This document shows, piece by piece, positions 38,540 through 48,377 of a DNA stretch of 64,000 nt (the stretch's first letter is position 1; every line of letters begins with the position of its first letter). Under the pieces are notes generated by a model that saw only the letters and a list, made by a program, of their open reading frames with translations, was not told the origin of the DNA and searched no databases. A program made the position numbers and the translations under genes. This DNA comes from Acidobacteriota bacterium (GTDB taxonomy: Bacteria > Acidobacteriota > UBA890 > WLXD01), in the NCBI GenBank assembly GCA_965205505.1, contig CBDBHB010000006.1, positions 416,001 through 480,000 on the forward strand, read 5' to 3'.

Positions 38540-38686
38540 CGCTCCCCCGAAGAGCGTCACGACCGCGGTGCGTTCCCGGCCAGTGTCGCCCCGCTTCGAC
38601 CGTTGACACACACGTCGTGCGCCGTTAGCGTCCCCCCAACGCTAATGAGAGGATGATACCCGAAACAGGCGCGTCGGCGCGCCGGG

Positions 38687-39358
38687 CTAGTCGAGACTAT
38701 CTGTAGGAACGGTCGAATACTCGGGGTAGCGAGCGCGAATTCCGCGGCGCAGCTGTTGCCTCGCCAGCGCCACGTGGGTGCGCACAGTTGAGGTACTGCA
38801 GCCCAGCGCGCGCGCAACTTCACGCGCCGGAAGGTCTTCGATCTCGCGCAGAATGAAAGCTGCCCGCTGTCGCGCCGGAAGCTCGGCGGCGAGCTCGTCC
38901 CAGATGCGCTGTACCTCCTCCCAGCGAATCGCCAGGCTCGGGTCGGCCGAATCGTCGGCGGGCAGGCGTTGCGCCGCAGTCTCCGTAGTCACCCCGGGGG
39001 CAAGCGAATGCGCCGCCGACCCGCGTGCAGCCCCTGTCGCCTCCGACCGCTCGCCCAGCGGCACCGGCTGACGTCGCTCGTTGCGCCAGCGATCAATCGC
39101 CTTGTTGGTAACGATGCGTGCGAGCCAGGCATCTACCGTAAACCTCGTTCGGTAGCGTGGGCAGTGTCGCCAAAGCGCGACGAACGCCTCCTGCGCGACA
39201 TCCTCCGCCGCACCGCGATCACCTAGCATCTGGTAGGCAATGCGCTGCACGCGACGATGCTTGCGTTCGTATAGTTGTCGGAACGCATCCGTATCACCGC
39301 GCCCGGCAGCGCGTACCAGGTGGGCATCGGACGGCCCATCGAGCGCATCGGGCATCAC
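38687..39358 (-). CDS. ECF RNA polymerase sigma factor
   Basis: AEDVAQEAF, WLARIVTNKAID, LPARQRAAFILRE and STVRTH motifs. Confidence 0.9.
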   Translation of the reverse strand: MMPDALDGPSDAHLVRAAGRGDTDAFRQLYERKHRRVQRIAYQMLGDRGAAEDVAQEAFVALWRHCPRYRTRFTVDAWLARIVTNKAIDRWRNERRQPVPLGERSEATGAARGSAAHSLAPGVTTETAAQRLPADDSADPSLAIRWEEVQRIWDELAAELPARQRAAFILREIEDLPAREVARALGCSTSTVRTHVALARQQLRRGIRARYPEYSTVPTDSLD

Positions 39359-39364
39359 GCGCCG

Positions 39365-40387
39365 CTATGGATTGACGATCGAGACAGGCTCCGCTAGCTC
39401 GTGCGCGCTCTGTCGCGAGCTCTCCTTCCGCCGGCCGAAGATCATCTTCCCGGCGCTCGTTTGAAGAACCGACGTCACAATCAGATCAACTGTCGACCCA
39501 CGATGCGCGCTGGCGCCATCGACGACCACCATGGTCCCATCGTCGAGGTAGCCGACGCCCTGCCCCGCCTCCTTGCCCTCCTTGACGACGAACACCGACA
39601 TCGGTTCACCCGGAAGGAACGCAGGTTTGACCGCGTTGGCAAGGTCGTTGACGTTGAGCACCCGAACACCACGCACTTGTGCCACCTTGGCGAGATTGAA
39701 GTCGTTCGTAAGCACTACACCGCCACGCTGGATCCCGAGCTCGATGAGCTTCGAGTCGACCTCGGCAATACCCGGAAAGTCGGTGGCATCGATTTGAACG
39801 TCGAGATCAGCGCTGCGCTGCAGATCTCGGAGGATGTCGAGGCCGCGGCGGCCTCGCGCACGCTTGAGCGCATCACTCGAATCGGCGACCTGCTGAAGCT
39901 CGTTGAGCACGAACTGCGGTACGAGCAAGGTGCCATCGATAAACCCGGCGGCCGCGATCTCGGCAATCCGACCATCGATGATCACCGACGTGTCCAGGAT
40001 CTTGTCGGCGACGCCAGCGCGCTGGTCCTCGAGAAACGGCCTCCAGGGGATCCACCATTCGCCAGATTGACCTTTGAGCGACCCGATTACCATGCCCAAG
40101 TAGGCCAGGGTCAGAACCGCGACTCCCTGGATCACGGCCTCGGAAGTAGTGCTCAGGTCGAGCTGCCTGCCGACGACTCCGAACGCCATTGCCAGCACCA
40201 GCCCCATGAACGTGCCCACGACGCCGCCCATGAGGACGTTCGGGTGAATGCTGTGGAGCTTGACCTCCAGCAGGACGACCACGACCGCGAACACGAGCCC
40301 GACAGCCAGGCCACTCACACCACCCGGGATTCCGAGAAACCCGATGGCCGCGCAGGCCAGGATAAAGAGCACACGGATGATGCTCAT
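39365..40387 (-). CDS. Membrane PIN/TRAM domain protein (YacL-like)
   Basis: N-terminal TMs; LDTSVIIDGRI, TNDFNL and GVGYLDDGTMVVV motifs. Confidence 0.93.
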   Translation of the reverse strand: MSIIRVLFILACAAIGFLGIPGGVSGLAVGLVFAVVVVLLEVKLHSIHPNVLMGGVVGTFMGLVLAMAFGVVGRQLDLSTTSEAVIQGVAVLTLAYLGMVIGSLKGQSGEWWIPWRPFLEDQRAGVADKILDTSVIIDGRIAEIAAAGFIDGTLLVPQFVLNELQQVADSSDALKRARGRRGLDILRDLQRSADLDVQIDATDFPGIAEVDSKLIELGIQRGGVVLTNDFNLAKVAQVRGVRVLNVNDLANAVKPAFLPGEPMSVFVVKEGKEAGQGVGYLDDGTMVVVDGASAHRGSTVDLIVTSVLQTSAGKMIFGRRKESSRQSAHELAEPVSIVNP

Positions 40388-40490
40388 TGCGTATGACCTC
40401 CAGGCCACCCGTGGGGAGCCCGCGTATAAAAGGGGGGTATGACGGATGATGGCTGGATTATAACGCTGGGTGGTCGTCGGCACGCCGCGC

Positions 40491-41249
40491 TCAGACTGTC
40501 GTGCCGGACTCCACAAACCGCCCGCGCTCTATCCGCGCCCAGAAGAACGGGTAGATCATGCGCCACCAGTCGAGGCCGGGGCGGATCTTCGTGTAGGCCT
40601 GACCACGGCTCGGATAGCGCATCGTGATGGGAACCTCGAGCCAGCGGACCGCAGCTCCCGCGATCAGCACCTTGCCGTAAAGATAGGGCTCGAACGCATA
40701 GGTCCACAGCCACTCGGCACGCCAATCGAACCGGGCGCGGTCGAAGATATCGACACGAAAAGCACGGTAACCGCAGGTCGCGTCGGTGACGGGCGAGCCG
40801 GTCGCCCAACGCGCGGCCAGATTGACAATCGGGATGGCGCAGCGACGAAAGGCGGGCAGGTTGGGCGACGTGCCCCCCTCCAGATAGCGGCTGCCGGTGA
40901 CATAATCGGCCTCGCCGCGGCGAATCGGCCCTACGACACGCTCCATTTCCGCCGGCAGCATCTTTCGGTTCGAGGCCAGACCAACGAGCACGTCGTAGCC
41001 GTGCTCCCGGGCCCATTCGGTCGCGGCGATAATCGCCCAGCCGACGCCTCGATTGCGCGCCACTTCGATGCAGGGCCAGCCTGACGCGCGAACAATGTGC
41101 TCCGAGCCGTCGTTGGAGCCGTTGTTGACCAGCAAGAACTCGTCGCACGCAGGCCCCGTTGCGCTCAACTCCTCCAGCAGTGTGGGGAGCTCGCGTAGCT
41201 GGTTGAAGACCGGAGAAAAACCGAGCACCTTCAAAGAAAGTCGCTCCAT
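40491..41249 (-). CDS. GT2 glycosyltransferase (polyprenol-phosphate glycosyltransferase-like)
   Basis: PVFNQ, NNGSNDGS, NRGVG, GSRY and DATCGYRAF motifs. Confidence 0.85.
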   Translation of the reverse strand: MERLSLKVLGFSPVFNQLRELPTLLEELSATGPACDEFLLVNNGSNDGSEHIVRASGWPCIEVARNRGVGWAIIAATEWAREHGYDVLVGLASNRKMLPAEMERVVGPIRRGEADYVTGSRYLEGGTSPNLPAFRRCAIPIVNLAARWATGSPVTDATCGYRAFRVDIFDRARFDWRAEWLWTYAFEPYLYGKVLIAGAAVRWLEVPITMRYPSRGQAYTKIRPGLDWWRMIYPFFWARIERGRFVESGTTV

Positions 41250-42094
41250 TCCTCGGGTACCCAGTCCTCGACCCGTCGTTCGCCGGGCGACACCTGGGCC
41301 CACGGATAGTCGCGGTCAACGCAACGAATCCATGGATAGGGCTGGTGCACCTGGTCGCCGATCTTGTGCATGATGCGGCGGCAGTCAATGCGATTCTCGG
41401 CTGGCGATCCGTCCATGAAAGCGTACGCCGGCACCTTGCCTCCCACCTTCGAGTTTGCCCCGACGATGGCATGTACACCGAGTCGAGTGCCGGGGAGAAT
41501 CGTGGCGTGCACGGCGATGGCGCAGAACGGTGCCACCTGGGGCGCCTCTTCCACCGCGAACACCGGGAACGCTCGGTCGTTGGTGAAAACCACGAACGGA
41601 TGAACCCACACGAACGGGCCGATGCGTGTGCCGGAGCCAACCGTCACATAGGAGTGCAAGCGTACATAGTCGCCGATCTCGACGTTCGGTTGGATGTCAC
41701 AGTTGTTACCGATCGAGCAGTTGTTTCCGACACGGGTGCCTTCGCGCATGGCCACGTATGGGCCAGTCTGTAGGTTCTCGCCGACTTCGGTGCCCGCGTT
41801 GATGATGGTGCCACGGCGGAGAATCGAGCCGCTGCCAACGCGCGTCCGGTTGGCAACGTAGCCGCCGCGGTCACGAAAGAACCCGTAGGTCGGCTCGCCG
41901 AGACTGCAATCGGGCCCCACCCACACGTTGTCCCCGATGGCGACGCGATCGTACAGAATAACACCGGGCCCTACGTGAACGTTGTCGCCGAGCGTTACCC
42001 CGCCGCCCCAGCGAACCGAGTCGTCGAAGGTGCACCCGGCACCGAGCGCCACATCCGGACCCGGTGTCGCTCTCAATCCGAAGCCGGCAGTCAT
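41231..42094 (-). CDS. Left-handed beta-helix (hexapeptide repeat) acyltransferase
   Basis: Many IGDNVW-type hexapeptides, FTND motif. Confidence 0.88.
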   Translation of the reverse strand: MTAGFGLRATPGPDVALGAGCTFDDSVRWGGGVTLGDNVHVGPGVILYDRVAIGDNVWVGPDCSLGEPTYGFFRDRGGYVANRTRVGSGSILRRGTIINAGTEVGENLQTGPYVAMREGTRVGNNCSIGNNCDIQPNVEIGDYVRLHSYVTVGSGTRIGPFVWVHPFVVFTNDRAFPVFAVEEAPQVAPFCAIAVHATILPGTRLGVHAIVGANSKVGGKVPAYAFMDGSPAENRIDCRRIMHKIGDQVHQPYPWIRCVDRDYPWAQVSPGERRVEDWVPEEWSDFL

Positions 42095-42150
42095 TCCAAC
42101 TCCCCCCTGTCCAGCGCCGATGACAGACTCCACCTGCTCACTACAACCAG

Positions 42151-43419
42151 CTATACCTTCAGCGTCACCCAGCGCACGAGCTCGTTGATCAGCAGCTTCC
42201 CGTCCCAGGGAGACTCCTGCACGTTCATCAACCCCGGGCGCACGCAACGGGCGGCTCCCGCGAGGGTGGCGGCCTCGGCGAACTCGCGTGCCTCGCCGTC
42301 GTCGCCGAAGGCTATGCCGACCGTCTGCACGCGGGGATTGATCAGCGGTACCACCAGACGCCACGAATCCACCGCCGTGAGAAACACCGTGCGCGACTGG
42401 ATAGGTTCCTTGAGCGACACGTCGGCGTCCATGCACACGGTCCAGTTGGCGCCATCGCGCGATGCGATCATGTCTCGCCGCTCATCGAGCGCCCACTCGG
42501 CGCGAGTATTGGCGATCTGCACGGTTGTGTAGGCATCGAGGGCCGATTTCGGCGGCAGGCGCTCAAGAGCCGCCGCGAAGCGCTCGCCGACATCGCCCAG
42601 GGCGCCGTTCGTTGCCTCGACGAAGATCGTCTGTGGCGAAGAACAGGCACGTTGATCGAAGATGGCAACGTCTCGTACGAACGCGGCGACCACCCGGTCG
42701 AGCGCCGCGGGCTGTTCGAGAAGGGCACCACCGATCAGGCCTATCGAGTATTTCGGACCGAACTCGACGTTCACGCAATGCGGCTGCTGCGGCAACCTAC
42801 GTATCGCCTCGATAGCCGTCTGCCCGCCCCAGGTCACCTTGGCATCGGCCGCCAGCGACATCGCTGTACCCAAGTCGCTTTCGCTGGAGCTGTACCAGAC
42901 CACCGCAAGACAAGCGCACAGATCGGCGCCCGAGAGGCCATCCACCGAGCATCCGGCCAGCACGTCGAGCATTGCGTCGATGCCGCCGGGCTGGGCGTCG
43001 GCCAGCTTCACGAGGCAGACGTTCCTGGCCAACAACGCTGGTACCAGCGCGAAGACCGGCAGCGTGGGCACGTTGCCCGCCATCCACATCGACACCAGGC
43101 CGTGTGGCTTCGCCGCCAGCTGCCGATCGTCCACGTCGACGAAGCCATCGAGCGCCGTTACATGACCACCGAGGTTCAGCACCAGCATCTTCTCGAGATT
43201 TGAGCGCTTGAGCCACGCGGACAGAAACGTCACGCCCTCGAGCCCTCGGGTATGAGGGTCCTCGAGCAGGCGCGAGCCGAAGGCGGCCAGTAGATCAAGC
43301 AACGACGCGGTGGGAACCGCAGCCATCGAGACACGCCGCTGCTGCAGCGCAGCGGTGATCGCCCCCAGATCGCTGAACGATTCGGGAGGCTTGCCGGGGC
43401 GAAAGTAGATGCCGCTCAT
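42151..43419 (-). CDS. LuxC-like acyl-CoA/acyl-protein reductase
   Basis: AGNVP, WGG..AI, FGPKYS and FDQRACSSP (catalytic Cys) motifs. Confidence 0.9.
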   Translation of the reverse strand: MSGIYFRPGKPPESFSDLGAITAALQQRRVSMAAVPTASLLDLLAAFGSRLLEDPHTRGLEGVTFLSAWLKRSNLEKMLVLNLGGHVTALDGFVDVDDRQLAAKPHGLVSMWMAGNVPTLPVFALVPALLARNVCLVKLADAQPGGIDAMLDVLAGCSVDGLSGADLCACLAVVWYSSSESDLGTAMSLAADAKVTWGGQTAIEAIRRLPQQPHCVNVEFGPKYSIGLIGGALLEQPAALDRVVAAFVRDVAIFDQRACSSPQTIFVEATNGALGDVGERFAAALERLPPKSALDAYTTVQIANTRAEWALDERRDMIASRDGANWTVCMDADVSLKEPIQSRTVFLTAVDSWRLVVPLINPRVQTVGIAFGDDGEAREFAEAATLAGAARCVRPGLMNVQESPWDGKLLINELVRWVTLKV

Positions 43420-44564
43420 TCGAGCTGCTTCACTGCAAAGGTATCGCCACAACCCCGCACCGCAACGCGCTCGACACGGCGCGTAAAGCGAAAGTACTGC
43501 CCTGACCGCCCGCACGGGCAGTCGTCTACGCCGACCAGCGTTCCCTGATCTTCAGTGAGGAGAGCTTGGCCCGGATAGCTCGTCGGCAGCACGCTCACCA
43601 CCTCGATGATGCCGGTTTCCCCCGGCGCCACCGGCTCCAGCGTATGAGGCCTGCGGATCACGACATCCGCGAAGGCGGGAGCATGCTTGTTGCCGGCCAC
43701 GCAGTCGACGAAGACCGTGCCTACTTGCTCAACCATGCCGTAGAAATCAAGCACCGCACCGGAGTTCATTCCCAACACGTCGCTGACGCGCTCGTTGAAG
43801 ACAGGCTTCGACACCGCGTCGGCCTCGAGCTTCTTCCAGCCTCCAGAGTGCAACAGCACGGCTTCCGGGGCATCGAAGCGCGCGCCGCGCGCCTCCGCCG
43901 CGCGAACGAACCGCGACCAAACGATGAACGTGAACCCGAAGACGAGTATCGGCTTGTCGCCATGCAGTTGGAAGAATGCTTCGATTGCGTCCCAATCAGG
44001 CATGAGGTCACCGTTGTCTGCCGATCGCAACGCGTAGGTGGTGGAGCTCGCGAAGCTGCCGATTCCGCGGATCGCCGCGCCCCGAGCGGTCAGTACATCG
44101 CCAGCGGCGGCGGCCTCCTCGACGTCGACCACTAGATACGGGCGTCGCCTACCGCCCAACACGTCCTTGAGAATCGATACCAGCGCCCTCGACTGCCGGA
44201 AGGCGGTGGTCTTGTCGATGAAGATACGGCTGGGCTTCTGGCCGGTCGTCGACGACGAGTGCAACTCTCGAACCACCCGTTCCGGCGCGACGGCCGAAAG
44301 TGCGAAACGCTTGAACATGGTGACCGGCAAGGGCGGCACATCGGCAACCCGTGTCCAGTCTGCCGGGCTCCCGCCAAGGCGAGCGAGGAAGCGCGCATAC
44401 GGTGGACAGGCTTCCGCCATCTGCTCGCACAGAGGTCGCAGGATCGCCAGAAGGTCGTGATCCTTATCGGCCTGCTTCGACGAGAACTGATCTCCGGCGA
44501 TCAACGCGGTGATCGCCGTGTCGACCTCGGCGCGGCACGCATCGGACAGCCCTGCGGTGCTCAT
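43416..44564 (-). CDS. LuxE-like acyl-protein synthetase
   Basis: LPVTMFK, SSSTTG, GGWKK, FYGMVEQ, SYPG..LLTED and C-terminal RGC motifs. Confidence 0.9.
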   Translation of the reverse strand: MSTAGLSDACRAEVDTAITALIAGDQFSSKQADKDHDLLAILRPLCEQMAEACPPYARFLARLGGSPADWTRVADVPPLPVTMFKRFALSAVAPERVVRELHSSSTTGQKPSRIFIDKTTAFRQSRALVSILKDVLGGRRRPYLVVDVEEAAAAGDVLTARGAAIRGIGSFASSTTYALRSADNGDLMPDWDAIEAFFQLHGDKPILVFGFTFIVWSRFVRAAEARGARFDAPEAVLLHSGGWKKLEADAVSKPVFNERVSDVLGMNSGAVLDFYGMVEQVGTVFVDCVAGNKHAPAFADVVIRRPHTLEPVAPGETGIIEVVSVLPTSYPGQALLTEDQGTLVGVDDCPCGRSGQYFRFTRRVERVAVRGCGDTFAVKQLE

Positions 44565-46138
44565 GCCTCAGATCCGCAATCACTGGCCGCATCTCGCAGC
44601 TGCGCCTTCAAGACCTTACCGGCGGCGTTCTTCGGAAGGTGATTGGTGAGCTCGACGGTCGTCGGGATCATGTGGTTGGGCAAATGGTCGTGGCAGTGAC
44701 GCACGATCGATCGACCGCTGAGCTCCCCTTCGCGTACGGGCACCACAACCGCCTTGATCGCTTCCCCCCAGATCTCGTCGGGAACGCCGATGACGGCCAC
44801 TTCGACCACCTCTGGCAACGCCGCGATGACCTCCTCGATCTCTGTAGGGCTGACGCGTATCCCCATCGACTTGATGAAGTCACGGGCGCGGTCGACGATG
44901 AAGATGAACCCCTCCGCGTCGACGCGCGCCAGGTCGCCCGTTCGCAGCTTGCCATCGCCGAAGTACTTCTGCGTTCCGGCGACATCGTTCCAATACCCCG
45001 GGCTCACGTTGTCACCCGTGGCGACGATCTCGCCGATTTCGACAGAGCCGGGGCGCACCGGCGAACCATCCTCTTTCAGCACCTCCAAGACGGTCGACGG
45101 CAGGCCGCGGCCGATGGAGCCGAGCTTGTCGTCAAGCCGCTCCGGCGGAAGATAGGACAGCCTCGCGGTGGCCTCCGTCTGGCCGTACATCACGTACAAG
45201 TGCACGTCGGGAAAGGCCTCCCGCATTTCACGTATGAACGGCTCCGGCAATCTTCCACCTGCTTGCTGGAGCCATCGGAGTGCCGGGAAATCGCGCTCCT
45301 TGAAATGGCTTCGGCGTAACAGGATCTGATAGGTCGACGGTACGCCGGCGAGCCCGGTACACCCCTTGGCCTCCATGTCGTCGAGTACCTTCTCCGGAAA
45401 CATGAAAGCGTTGTTGATTACCACCGACGCGCCCGCCGACAGATGTGCATGTAGGACCGACAGACCGTAGCAATAGTGCAGCGGCAGCACCAACATCGCG
45501 CGGTCGGTCGGCACGAGCCCCATGTACTCGACAATGTCGCGCGTGTTGGTGGCGATGTTGCGATGCGTGACCATGACACCCTTCGGCACTCCCGTGGAGC
45601 CGGCCGTGAGAAAAAGGGCCGCGAGAGTGCTCGATGGATCGAACGTGCCCGTCGATTCGACCTCTGCGGCGAGCGCGTCCCCCTCCAAGGGCTGATCGAG
45701 CTCTTCCTCGGACCACAGCTCGACCTCTGCGGCGGCCATGGCCCCGATGAGATCGGCATCTGGCGCCATCCGAGACGATACGAGCATCAGCTGCATGTCG
45801 GTATCGATGGCGATGCGACGAAGTCGCTCGACTGGCAACGTCGTCGGCAAGGGAACAACGCATAGCCCGACGCGTATCGTCGCCAGGTAGGCAACGACGA
45901 AGAAAACGCCGTTCTCGGCCACCAGACCAACACGCGATCCTGGCGCGAGGCGTGGCGCGCGTAGACGCGCCGCCGCCCGGTCAACGCGGCGGCGAAGCTG
46001 CCTGTAGCTGACGTCTTCAGCACCGACCGACAGCACCAGATCGGACGCCTCCCCGGCGGCGAGCAGCTGTGAGGCGACATTATCCTGCGCTCTCTGCGGG
46101 GCAGGTTCGCAGGGGTCGGCAGCCGCGCTCTTGGTCAC
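44561..46138 (-). CDS. AMP-binding acyl-CoA/acyl-ACP ligase
   Basis: TAGSTGVPKG, MYGQTEA, RTGDL and PKNAAGK motifs. Confidence 0.92.
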   Translation of the reverse strand: MTKSAAADPCEPAPQRAQDNVASQLLAAGEASDLVLSVGAEDVSYRQLRRRVDRAAARLRAPRLAPGSRVGLVAENGVFFVVAYLATIRVGLCVVPLPTTLPVERLRRIAIDTDMQLMLVSSRMAPDADLIGAMAAAEVELWSEEELDQPLEGDALAAEVESTGTFDPSSTLAALFLTAGSTGVPKGVMVTHRNIATNTRDIVEYMGLVPTDRAMLVLPLHYCYGLSVLHAHLSAGASVVINNAFMFPEKVLDDMEAKGCTGLAGVPSTYQILLRRSHFKERDFPALRWLQQAGGRLPEPFIREMREAFPDVHLYVMYGQTEATARLSYLPPERLDDKLGSIGRGLPSTVLEVLKEDGSPVRPGSVEIGEIVATGDNVSPGYWNDVAGTQKYFGDGKLRTGDLARVDAEGFIFIVDRARDFIKSMGIRVSPTEIEEVIAALPEVVEVAVIGVPDEIWGEAIKAVVVPVREGELSGRSIVRHCHDHLPNHMIPTTVELTNHLPKNAAGKVLKAQLRDAASDCGSEA

Positions 46139-46410
46139 CCGACCCCCTTGTTCGCCAGGATCTCGAGGATCTTCCGAACGTCGACCATCTCCATGATCTC
46201 GTCGACCTCGAACTCGACTCCGAAGGCGGCTTCCATCGCCGCCACCAGATTCATGTGTCCGATCGAATCCCATTTCCTGACGTCGTCGGGAACGGTGTCC
46301 GGATGGAAGCGGGCGGCATCGTGAGCGAAGGTCTGCTCGAACACCGCCGCCAGTCGCTCAACCAGAGCGCTGTCTTCCACAGGTAGTGAGTCGGCAGGCG
46401 ATCCCGACAT
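46135..46410 (-). CDS. Acyl carrier protein
   Basis: WDSIGHMNLV phosphopantetheine site, acidic. Confidence 0.9.
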   Translation of the reverse strand: MSGSPADSLPVEDSALVERLAAVFEQTFAHDAARFHPDTVPDDVRKWDSIGHMNLVAAMEAAFGVEFEVDEIMEMVDVRKILEILANKGVG

Positions 46411-47126
46411 CAGAGGGCCATGCCGCCATCAACAGAGAACACGGCTCCGGTGACGCCGACGGCGTCGTCTGAGACCAACCAGCTCACCAGGCCGGCTACT
46501 TCGTCGACGCTTTGTAGTTTCCCGAGTGGTACGGCCTTTTCGATCATCGCGAACATGGCTCGACTGGTGAGGTTGGTCTTCACTGCGCCAGGCGCCACCG
46601 CCACGGCCCGGATCCCCGCCGCGGCATATTCGGCGGCGATGCTCCGTGTGTAGTGGATCAAGCCAGCCTTGGACGCTGCGTACACTGATAGCTTCGGCGA
46701 CGCCTTGATGCCGGCGACCGAGGCAATGTTGATAATCAGTCCCGGGGTCTGGCGCTCGCTCATCACCTTCAAAGCCGCGGCGCTGAGGCGAAGGGGCGCC
46801 GCCAGATTGGTCTGCAGTTGGTCACCGATCGTCGCGGCATCGGCATCATGAGCATTCTCAAAACGCATCACCCCGGCGTTGTTGATCAGCACGTCGAGGC
46901 CATCGCGGTCGGCGACGATCGACTCGAGCAGGCAAGCCGCGGCGTCCAGGTCTCGGACGTCGGCCTGGTGATAGCCGACCTTGGCGGCGAGCTCGCTGGA
47001 GCCTTCAGCCCACACTGCCGGCTCGCGCCGGGCGATGACCTCCACCGCGTGACCCTCAGCCGCCAGGCGACGCACTATTGCCAGCCCAATGCCGGAGGAT
47101 CCCCCGGTGACGACAATCTTCTTCAT
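46410..47126 (-). CDS. SDR oxidoreductase (FabG-like)
   Basis: TGGSSGIG, NNAG and YAASK motifs. Confidence 0.92.
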   Translation of the reverse strand: MKKIVVTGGSSGIGLAIVRRLAAEGHAVEVIARREPAVWAEGSSELAAKVGYHQADVRDLDAAACLLESIVADRDGLDVLINNAGVMRFENAHDADAATIGDQLQTNLAAPLRLSAAALKVMSERQTPGLIINIASVAGIKASPKLSVYAASKAGLIHYTRSIAAEYAAAGIRAVAVAPGAVKTNLTSRAMFAMIEKAVPLGKLQSVDEVAGLVSWLVSDDAVGVTGAVFSVDGGMAL

Positions 47127-47160
47127 TGGCTCTCCCCCAAAGAGCCTTCGCCCCCAAATT

Positions 47161-48237
47161 CTATATCACGTCCGGCGGCTTGGGACCCTCCCCCACGGCG
47201 ACCGCAGACGACGAACCCGCAGGCGTAGCACGCGCCTGCGCGGATGTCACATCGCGTAGCCGTACGCCCTCGGCGGCCAAAACCCCGAATCCGAGCAACA
47301 TCGGCGGAACGAACGTCAGCGTGTGAACCAGGAGCGAGTAGCCTAGCGCCTCGCTCTTGGGCACCCCGAAGATGCCCAGTGCGACGATGCAGCCTGCCTG
47401 AAAGGTGCCGACGAAACTGGGCGCCGCCGGGATCATCACAAACACCGCGACCAACGCCGTGGCAACGATGGCAAACCTGAGGACGGGAACGCCGTAGCCG
47501 ACGTCCATGCCCATCGCCAACGCCACGAGCGCGAACGGCGCGGCGAGCGTCGCCCAGACATAGGCGCTGGCCAACAGCAGCGTCAGCAGTTGGCGCAAGT
47601 CCGTCAACGCATGCAGGCCATCGACAAAGGAGTGGACAGAAGCGCCCACAGGGGCGCCGATCCTTTTCGGCAACCGGTCGATGAACCGGTCGAGCCACCG
47701 AAGCGACATGTCCTGAAACAGGATCAGAGCCAGGATCAGCGCCGTCACCAGGCCGGCAACCGCGGCGAGCAACCGTACCGCACCGGCCACCTGAGGACCC
47801 GCGCCTTCCGGGATCGGCACCAACATAATGGCGACAGCCAGCATCGCACCGACGGTCACCAAGTCGAAAACTCGCTCCAACACGACGGTGGCGAACGCTG
47901 TCGAGAACGGCAGCTTCTCTTTCCGCGCGATCGAGTAGGCCTTGACGGCCTCGCCGGCGCGGAGCGGCAGCACGGCGTTGGCGGCGTACCCGACCGCCTG
48001 CGAGGCGAACAGAGTGCGGGTTGCTACCGGCCGCAGATGTGCGAACAGCATCTTCCAGCGCTGCGCCCGAGCGTAGACTGACAACAACGAGACGCCGGCA
48101 ACCAGCCCCAACCACCCGGGTTTCGCGCTCCGCATGGCCCCCCACACCTCCGCCATCAAGACGTCACGGGTGACGACCCAAAGGAACAGTGCGCTCACCG
48201 CAATTCCGACCGCCAGCTGCAGATACCGCTTGTTCAC
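47161..48237 (-). CDS. Lysylphosphatidylglycerol synthase-TM (UPF0104) flippase-like protein
   Basis: RAQRW, NAVLPLRAGE, ERVFD and PAAPSFVG motifs. Confidence 0.88.
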   Translation of the reverse strand: MNKRYLQLAVGIAVSALFLWVVTRDVLMAEVWGAMRSAKPGWLGLVAGVSLLSVYARAQRWKMLFAHLRPVATRTLFASQAVGYAANAVLPLRAGEAVKAYSIARKEKLPFSTAFATVVLERVFDLVTVGAMLAVAIMLVPIPEGAGPQVAGAVRLLAAVAGLVTALILALILFQDMSLRWLDRFIDRLPKRIGAPVGASVHSFVDGLHALTDLRQLLTLLLASAYVWATLAAPFALVALAMGMDVGYGVPVLRFAIVATALVAVFVMIPAAPSFVGTFQAGCIVALGIFGVPKSEALGYSLLVHTLTFVPPMLLGFGVLAAEGVRLRDVTSAQARATPAGSSSAVAVGEGPKPPDVI

Positions 48238-48312
48238 GGACGAGGCTCGTTGCGACGCTTCGGGCGGGTGCTCGGTTCGACTAGGGAGAGCATGGTGGAG
48301 GGAGTTTAAGGC

Positions 48313-48347
48313 AAAGGAAAAGCCCGGGAGCGCGTGCGCTCCCGGGC
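48313..48347 (-). terminator. Rho-independent terminator after hsp20
   Basis: GCCCGGGAGCGC/GCGCTCCCGGGC stem followed by TTTTCCTTT on the minus strand. Confidence 0.85.
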
Positions 48348-48377
48348 CACGGGAACCGATGGATCCACCGGTGACAG

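Noticed and set aside
42151-44564. Bioluminescence operon
   Set aside because: No luxA, luxB or luxD; the context is glycan and acyl biosynthesis
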